Shown: positions 57,937 through 64,000 of the stretch, in pieces
Position numbering within the stretch: the stretch's first letter is position 1
Layout of the letters: every line of letters starts with the position of its first letter
DNA from: Thermoproteota archaeon
GTDB taxonomy: Archaea; Korarchaeota; Korarchaeia; B14-G2
Assembly: GCA_037917675.1 (NCBI GenBank)
Contig: JAVCBW010000005.1
Span: 93,887-157,886, forward strand
Direction of reading: 5' to 3'
Length of the DNA: 64,000 bases
Program-made: the position numbers and the translations under genes
The notes under the pieces: model-generated
The model's database searches: none
What the model was told of the DNA's origin: nothing
The model's input: only the letters and a program-made list of their open reading frames with translations

Positions 57937-59345
57937 AGAGTGTCATCAAGAACATAGAGGAGCTTCTCAGGCTGGCAGATAGCAAGGAAGACGAGAAAGC
58001 TGCTGAGATAGCCCTAGCAGCTGCTAGTGAGGCTGTAGAGAGCGTGCTGCCTGACAGAGTTGTCAAGAGGTGTGTGAGCTTAAAGGGAAGCAGGCTCCTA
58101 GTAGAGGGGGTCTATGAGAGCATAGAAGTGGACTTGAGCCATTATGACAAGATTTGGATATTTGGCTGCGGGAAGGCAAGCGGGCTGATGGCATCTGCTC
58201 TAGAGAGCTTGCTTGGAGATAGGGTGACAGGAGGCATTGTGCTGGTGCTTAAGGGGACAGAGACTAGAATTCAAGCCAGGAACGTAGATGTCATAGGAGC
58301 TGGGCACCCTCTACCTGATGAGGAAAGCATCAAGGGGGCAGAGGCTATAGTCAACCAGCTTAAGGAGCTTGGGAGAAGAGATCTGGTCTTATTCCTGGTT
58401 TCTGGAGGGGGGTCTGCGCTGATGACCCTCCCTAGAGAGGGCATCACGCTTGAAGACATAGTTGAAGCTACAGGACAGCTTCTCAGGGCTGGAGCAGACA
58501 TATATGAGGTTAATGCTGTCAGAAAGCATCTCTCTGCTGTGAAGGGAGGGTGGCTTGCCAGGTACGCTTACCCAGCTACCATGATCAGCATGATAGTGTC
58601 AGATGTTGTTGGAGATAGGCTTGACACAATAGCATCAGGGCCAACAGCACCAGATGAAACCACATTTAGAGACGCGATAGAGGTGCTCAGGAGGTATAGG
58701 CTGCTCGACAAGGTGAGTAGCCGTGTGAAAGACATACTGGAGACGGGGGCTAGGGGAGCTATACCTGAGACCCCAAAGCCAGGAGACCCTGTATTCAAGA
58801 GGGTGAAGAACATAGTTGTATGCAACAATGCTAGCGCACTAGAGGCTGCAGCTAAGGCAGCAGAGAGGAGAGGCATCAGAGCTGTCGTGCTTGGGTCGCG
58901 TATCGAGGGAGAAGCTCGGGAGGTAGGCAAAGTGCTAGCAGCCATAGGTAAGGCGGTAGCCTACGAGAACACTCCAGCTTCCCCCCCTGCACTGGTGATC
59001 GCGGGAGGAGAGACCACGGTTACGGTGAGAGGAGAGGGTAAGGGTGGAAGAAACCAGGAGCTCACGCTGTCAGCTTCTCTTAAGATGAGAGGTGAGAGGG
59101 GGATTGCCTTGTGCTCCATTGGAACTGATGGAATAGATGGAAACACCGATGCAGCTGGGGCAATAGCATTCGGGAGCACAGCTGACAGAGGGATGCTGGC
59201 TGGAGCTGACCCCTGGGAAGCCCTCGATAGAAATGACAGCTATGGCTTCTTCTCTAGGGTGGGTGGCCTTATATTCACTGGGCCTACACTGACGAATGTA
59301 AATGACATAATGCTTGTGTCAGTTTCCAGAAACGCTTTTAACTGA
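57933..59345 (+). CDS. Glycerate 2-kinase (MOFRL family).
   Basis: Supporting sequences are IWIFGCGKASGLMASA, GAGHPLPDE, LVSGGGSAL and ITGPTLTNVNDI. Confidence 0.75.
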   Translation: MKSVIKNIEELLRLADSKEDEKAAEIALAAASEAVESVLPDRVVKRCVSLKGSRLLVEGVYESIEVDLSHYDKIWIFGCGKASGLMASALESLLGDRVTGGIVLVLKGTETRIQARNVDVIGAGHPLPDEESIKGAEAIVNQLKELGRRDLVLFLVSGGGSALMTLPREGITLEDIVEATGQLLRAGADIYEVNAVRKHLSAVKGGWLARYAYPATMISMIVSDVVGDRLDTIASGPTAPDETTFRDAIEVLRRYRLLDKVSSRVKDILETGARGAIPETPKPGDPVFKRVKNIVVCNNASALEAAAKAAERRGIRAVVLGSRIEGEAREVGKVLAAIGKAVAYENTPASPPALVIAGGETTVTVRGEGKGGRNQELTLSASLKMRGERGIALCSIGTDGIDGNTDAAGAIAFGSTADRGMLAGADPWEALDRNDSYGFFSRVGGLIFTGPTLTNVNDIMLVSVSRNAFN

Positions 59346-59351
59346 CTGTAA

Positions 59352-59678
59352 GTGTGGTGTGTAGAGAGCTTGCCTAGGAGAAAGCCGAGAGAGCTTGTAG
59401 CTAAGCCTAAGGATAGGAGAAGGCTCAGGAAGTACGTCAACTACATGCTTGCTGAACAAGACTACACAAAGCTTGTCAGAGAAGAGGGCGGTGAAGTAGG
59501 CGTTGGAGACGAGGTTGAGGTTGTGATAACAGACGTGAATGACAGGGGGCAGGGAGTAGCTAGGGTAGGTGATCTAGTAGTTTATGTAAATGGCTCTGAG
59601 CCTGGAGAGAGGGTTAAGGTGAAAATAGTTAAGAGGAAAGCCACATATGCAGTAGCTCGGGTGGTTGCTAGGCGCTAG
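59352..59678 (+). CDS. TRAM-domain protein with a basic N-terminal tail.
   Basis: The C-terminal sequence VGDEVEVVITDVNDRGQGVARVGDLVVYVNGSEPGERVKVKIVK forms a TRAM (OB-like) fold. Confidence 0.6.
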   Translation: MWCVESLPRRKPRELVAKPKDRRRLRKYVNYMLAEQDYTKLVREEGGEVGVGDEVEVVITDVNDRGQGVARVGDLVVYVNGSEPGERVKVKIVKRKATYAVARVVARR

Positions 59679-61212
59679 CTCCTCTGAGCCTTCTCCACTC
59701 CTCTATTGGAATAGAGTACTTTTTCTCGATCTGTTTCCTATAGAGTGATCTACCATGCCTGTCTGTCATATTCATTGCACAGAAGGGGATGAGTCTACCA
59801 TCTAAAGTTGGGTAGTGTATTGCACACCTCTTAAGCCTCTCTAAGTCTAGGTTAAATGCATCTTGGAAGTGCATCATCCCTATCATGAGGACTCTATTCA
59901 TGTGGAACTCTGCTAAAGCAGAGTAGTCTCTCTTCACTAGCACCTGCTTGAGGAGGTGTAGGATGTCGAGCTCCGGAGGAAGCTCCTCTTTGACCATAGA
60001 GCTCCGGAGAGCTGATAAGGCCTTCAGGCGAGCTCTGGTCTTAGCTAAGATCCCCCCCTTCCTAAGGATCTCTGAGGCATCTCTGAGAGCATCTAGGAAC
60101 CTATCTACGTTGATAAACCTTGGAATTGGCTTATAGCTCCCGTCTCTGCTAACATACAGGTAGGTTGCCATCCCGCAGTGTACATTGGTTGTGAACTCAA
60201 CTTTCGGGCTTCCCTCCAGGAGCCCTATGAACCTAGATATGTCTACGACAGTCGGCACAGGGTAGAAGTCCTCCTTCCTTATCCTGCCATTAGTCTGCTC
60301 CTCTATCTTCTCTATGGCCTCTGGTATCGTGATCCTATGCTTCTCTATCTCCTCAAGCTCACATCTACCTACAAAGGATATTGGTTGGATATTGACACAC
60401 CGTATCACATCTATGTTTTCCACAGCAAACTCTATGATCCTCCCTAGCTCCCCGTCGTTTACCCCTTTGACTAGCGTTGGCACTAAGACGACGTTTATCT
60501 TAGCCTTCCTGCAATTCTCTATAGCCTTCAGCTTCTCCTCTAGGAGGTTCCTGCCCTTATGCTCATATGCCTTGTCGCTGAAGCCTTCAAATGACAGGTA
60601 GACCGTCGTGCAGCCTGCTTCAGCTATCTTCATAGTGTACTCTAGGCTTTCAGCTAGCTTTAAGCCGTTTGTGTTAAGCTCTATATGAGCGAAGCCTGCC
60701 TCCCTAGCTGCCTTGACGATCTCAAGCAGGTCCTCTCTCACTGTGGGCTCTCCTCCAGTTATCTGGACAGCTGGGCATGGTACAGGACTGTTTGACCTGA
60801 GTATGCTGAACAGGAACTTGATCTGCTCTAGAGTAGGCTCATACACGTACCCTGTAGCGAATGCAGCGTCAAAGCACACAGGGCATCTCATGTTGCAGCG
60901 GTTTGTCACATCTACTATACCTAATGCAGTATGTGACTTATGGATAGGGCATAGGCCACAGTCAAATGGGCATCCTCTATCCATCTCCTTTATGGCAGGA
61001 TTCTCTACACCGTTACCATCTCTAGAATACTTCTCAACTCTCTTAAACATCTCAGCATCACTCCAGTATATGTGAGAGAAGAACCCGTGCTCACTGCATG
61101 CCTTCTCCAAGTATACCTTCCCATCTCGCTCAACTACCTCTGCATCGATCAGCTTAAGGCACTCTGGACACAGGCTCTTGGTCTTGTATAGGAGCTTTTG
61201 ATCTGAAGACAT
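59668..61212 (-). CDS. Radical SAM protein with an N-terminal zinc ribbon and a large C-terminal domain (Tes/GDGT-MAS-like?).
   Basis: The N-terminus is CPECLKLIDAEVVERDGKVYLEKACSEHGF. The radical SAM cluster motif CNMRCPVCFD is present. The protein is 514 aa with additional Cys residues in the C-terminal half. Confidence 0.55.
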   Translation of the reverse strand: MSSDQKLLYKTKSLCPECLKLIDAEVVERDGKVYLEKACSEHGFFSHIYWSDAEMFKRVEKYSRDGNGVENPAIKEMDRGCPFDCGLCPIHKSHTALGIVDVTNRCNMRCPVCFDAAFATGYVYEPTLEQIKFLFSILRSNSPVPCPAVQITGGEPTVREDLLEIVKAAREAGFAHIELNTNGLKLAESLEYTMKIAEAGCTTVYLSFEGFSDKAYEHKGRNLLEEKLKAIENCRKAKINVVLVPTLVKGVNDGELGRIIEFAVENIDVIRCVNIQPISFVGRCELEEIEKHRITIPEAIEKIEEQTNGRIRKEDFYPVPTVVDISRFIGLLEGSPKVEFTTNVHCGMATYLYVSRDGSYKPIPRFINVDRFLDALRDASEILRKGGILAKTRARLKALSALRSSMVKEELPPELDILHLLKQVLVKRDYSALAEFHMNRVLMIGMMHFQDAFNLDLERLKRCAIHYPTLDGRLIPFCAMNMTDRHGRSLYRKQIEKKYSIPIEEWRRLRGASA

Positions 61213-61288
61213 GGGAATCTAAGCTGCCTGCTGTACTTAGTTTATAAGCTTTCTGTCGCAGTTCCACAGGGCTCTCTGCTTTAGGCAG

Positions 61289-61999
61289 CTATCCCATGAA
61301 AATCTCTAGCCCAACTTTCCTCCTAGTAGGCTTGAGATCTATCAGCGATATCTCTCTGGTACATGGGAGGCTGACGTTGTAAACTGGACAGAAACCTACT
61401 TGAGCCTTAGGCTGACCGCGATGTACGTGCGCGTGTATGGCGATGTCAAAGACACCAGCTTTAAGACACTTCTCCACCATCCTAGAGCCTAGCTGGGGGT
61501 ATATTGATCTGGGTTCTCCCTTCATCGTCTCGTAGGTTGGGGCATAGTGGGATAACAGAGCCTTCACCTCTGCTTTAGAAGACCTAGCTAGGTCACAGAC
61601 TAGAGCAGCTCTCCTCCTGTACCTCTCAGCTATACCAGGCATGTTCCTAGCTTGCCAGGCTGTCGGCTTGTCTAGAGAGCCTTTGGTTCCAACTAGGCAC
61701 AGCTCCATGCCATGAGCTCTCACAGTGACTACTGTGTCATTTAGCACAATCGCGTGGTCTGCCATCTCGCTTGAGAAAACGCTTTCAGAAAACTCCTCAT
61801 TACCAGGGACAGCTACCATCGGGCACCCTACTGTCTCAGCTATCTCAACTACCTTCTTAAGCCACTCATATCTTCCCCTGTATATCAGGTCCCCTAGTAG
61901 AGCTAGCATCTCTGGCTTCGCGTCTAGCCTGGACACAGCTTCCTCAAAGAGCTGGAGGTATTTTGGTGCGTGGATATCTCCTACTGCAGCCAGAATCAA
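61289..61999 (-). CDS. Calcineurin-like metallophosphoesterase.
   Basis: Supporting sequences are ILAAVGDIH, LALLGDLIYRG, GNEE and AIHAHVH. Confidence 0.7.
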   Translation of the reverse strand: MILAAVGDIHAPKYLQLFEEAVSRLDAKPEMLALLGDLIYRGRYEWLKKVVEIAETVGCPMVAVPGNEEFSESVFSSEMADHAIVLNDTVVTVRAHGMELCLVGTKGSLDKPTAWQARNMPGIAERYRRRAALVCDLARSSKAEVKALLSHYAPTYETMKGEPRSIYPQLGSRMVEKCLKAGVFDIAIHAHVHRGQPKAQVGFCPVYNVSLPCTREISLIDLKPTRRKVGLEIFMG

Positions 62000-62002
62000 C
62001 TG

Positions 62003-63319
62003 CTACACCTTAGCAACATCACCTACCTTAGGGACGTATACAGTATACCCCCTGAGCTTTTCAAGCTTCTTAGCTAGCTGCATAGACTTCTCCGGTTCAC
62101 CATGGACTATGAAGGCTTTCCTCACACCTCTGAGCTTAGATGTGAACTGGAGGATCTGCTTCTGGTCTGCGTGAGCTGAGAGCTCTGCGAATTGAATCCG
62201 CGCCCTTATCTTGACTACTCCATCAGGCAGCTCTAGCTCTCTAGCTCCATTCAGGAGAGCTCTGCCGCGTGTCGACTCAACCTGGTATCCTGTTATAACA
62301 ATCAGGCTCCTGCTGTCTGGAGCTATCTCCCTCAGGTATCCCAGTACAGGGCCTCCCTCAAGCATACCAGAAGTCGTTACGACCACATATGGCTCAGATA
62401 TCTCAAGTATCTCCTCTCTGTCAGCCACATCAGATATGGCCCTGTAGTCAAGAGGGGAGGCTCTAGTCTGCCTGACTTTTCTTCTGACCTCAGGCTTAAG
62501 CCACTCCCAGTATAGGAAGTAGACCTTGTTGACCTCTCGGATCATCCCATCTACGAAGACAGGATACTCAGGTAGATACCCCGACCTCATGTAGTCAGCT
62601 ATTATAGAAAGAACCTCTTGAGCTCTGCCAACAGCAAATGTGGGTATCAGAACTCTCCCCCCATTGTCGAGCGCTCCCTTTATAGCATCTACAAGTGATC
62701 TCTCCGTCTTCTTGATGGCAGGGTGAGCGTCGAGGTCCCCACCATATGTCGACTCAATTATGAGTACATCTACTTCAGGTAGGTCTGTTTCAGCTGGAGG
62801 TAGAAGCCTCGTCGATCTAGCTGAGAAGTCTGAGGTGTATAAGAGCCTAGTGCCGTGTGCTTCGAGGTATATCATAGAGCCTCCCAGCACATGTCCTGAG
62901 CAGTATAGGGCTGCTCTGACCTCACCTAGATCTAGTTCCTCGCGGTAGGAGGCTTCTACCTCAGATGACCTCACTTTCATCACGTCCTCATTTGTATATG
63001 GGATCTCGTGTCCCAAGTGACTTGAAAGCCTCAGCGCATCAGTGAGTAAGAGCTCGCTGAGGTCTACTGTAGGCGGCGTCGCTATAGCCACGCAGCCATG
63101 CTCTCTGACCACCCAGGGAGCCATCCCAACATGGTCTAGGTGAGCATGAGACAAGATGATAGCATCGACTTGCTGGGCTGCTCTTAGAGGGAACCTATCA
63201 ACCTTAGAAGCCAAGTTTACGCCGCAGTCTAGCAGTATGCTCTTGCCTCCATAAGAGGCCTCGATGCAAGACCTTCCTACTTCACGTGCTCCACCTAGAA
63301 ATCTCAGAGTGAGTGGCAA
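62003..63319 (-). CDS. beta-CASP ribonuclease of the aCPSF2 type (metallo-beta-lactamase without KH domains).
   Basis: The MBL motif HAHLDHVG, beta-CASP motifs and the C-terminal His (VHGEPE) are present, at about 438 aa. Confidence 0.75.
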   Translation of the reverse strand: MPLTLRFLGGAREVGRSCIEASYGGKSILLDCGVNLASKVDRFPLRAAQQVDAIILSHAHLDHVGMAPWVVREHGCVAIATPPTVDLSELLLTDALRLSSHLGHEIPYTNEDVMKVRSSEVEASYREELDLGEVRAALYCSGHVLGGSMIYLEAHGTRLLYTSDFSARSTRLLPPAETDLPEVDVLIIESTYGGDLDAHPAIKKTERSLVDAIKGALDNGGRVLIPTFAVGRAQEVLSIIADYMRSGYLPEYPVFVDGMIREVNKVYFLYWEWLKPEVRRKVRQTRASPLDYRAISDVADREEILEISEPYVVVTTSGMLEGGPVLGYLREIAPDSRSLIVITGYQVESTRGRALLNGARELELPDGVVKIRARIQFAELSAHADQKQILQFTSKLRGVRKAFIVHGEPEKSMQLAKKLEKLRGYTVYVPKVGDVAKV

Positions 63320-63391
63320 GCTGAAGGCACCTGTGTTCCCCTGTGTTTTTAAGTATAGGAGCTACTGAAAGCCAAGCTGTGGTGGTAGAGC

Positions 63392-64000
63392 TTGAGCACC
63401 ATCAGGGAGGGAGATCTAGTGCTCTTCTATGACGGGAGAAAGAGAAAGTACATCCGGACAGTGAGAGGGGGAGATAGGCTTGAAACAGATCTTGGCTATG
63501 TTGACATGCAAGCTGTCATGGGCAAGCAGGTGGGGGAGGCTGTTTCGACGAGCAAGGGTGCAAGATTCTATCTCCTTAAACCTACGCTGATAGATTTGAT
63601 CTTCTCCTTTAGGAGGCCTACTCAGGTCATATATCCAAAGGATGCTGGGCTGATACTGCTGGAGGCTGACATAAGGCCTGGAATGAGGATTGTTGAGGTC
63701 GGGACAGGCTCAGGGTTCCTCACAGCAATACTCTCAGAGTATGTTGGGCCAGAGGGCAGAGTCTATACGTACGAGTATAGAAGAGAGTTCCTGCTAGCAG
63801 CAAAGAGAAACCTGAGTAGGCATGGGCTTGGTTCAAACGTGGAGTTCAAGCTTAAGGACGCTACTGAAGGAATAGACGAGCAAGATGTAGATGTGGTTGT
63901 AATAGACATAGCAGAGCCCTGGAGGGTTCTTAGGCATGCCTGGAGCGCGCTTAAGCCCTCAGGTAGGTTTGTATCCTTCTCACCAACATATAACCAAGTT
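63392..64000 (+). CDS. trmI: tRNA (m1A58/57) methyltransferase TrmI (Gcd14 family). The 3' end is truncated by the window edge and the start is probably TTG.
   Basis: Supporting sequences are IREGDLVLFYDGRKRKYIRTV and the SAM motif VVEVGTGSGFLT...DLP-like region. No in-frame ATG precedes the conserved N-terminus; a TTG lies at 63392. Confidence 0.7.
   Translation, partial: MSTIREGDLVLFYDGRKRKYIRTVRGGDRLETDLGYVDMQAVMGKQVGEAVSTSKGARFYLLKPTLIDLIFSFRRPTQVIYPKDAGLILLEADIRPGMRIVEVGTGSGFLTAILSEYVGPEGRVYTYEYRREFLLAAKRNLSRHGLGSNVEFKLKDATEGIDEQDVDVVVIDIAEPWRVLRHAWSALKPSGRFVSFSPTYNQV

Overview
This is a gene-dense archaeal chromosomal segment (about 70 protein genes, three intron-containing tRNAs, one candidate C/D-box sRNA). 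The gene content points to a hyperthermophilic crenarchaeon (Thermoprotei): inferred TFB, TBP, aIF1/SUI1, RpoP, RpoK, Alba, thermosome, Cdc48, Hjc, FBP aldolase/phosphatase, class-I CCA enzyme, DGGGP-synthase-like UbiA, and a gins-mcm-hel308 replication cluster. Base composition is roughly balanced apart from one AT-rich block.

Notable contents:
- MCM is interrupted by two inteins and Hel308 by a mini-intein in helicase motif VI.
- Two tRNA-Leu genes and one further tRNA carry non-canonical or multiple introns. A fused two-repeat tRNA-splicing endonuclease sits nearby.
- Between the two tRNA-Leu genes lies a compositionally anomalous islet. It holds an AT-rich GH-like ORF truncated by an IS-transposase fragment, a secreted protein and a membrane-anchored wHTH regulator.
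- At 35.9-39.6 kb there is a type IV pilus-like locus: pilin-like gene, FlaI/PilB-type ATPase with an unusual Cys-rich N-terminal extension, a TadC/FlaJ-like platform split into two ORFs, and a prepilin peptidase.
- A surface-protein gene has an in-frame TGA inside its signal peptide.
- The UDP-GlcNAc 2-epimerase carries a fused TrkA-C domain.
- A perfect 10-bp inverted repeat lies upstream of the thermosome gene.
- A radical-SAM protein with a zinc ribbon sits next to a TRAM-domain protein.

Coordinates follow the ORF track except where alternative starts are argued. All functional calls rest on motif recognition by eye; no searches were run.
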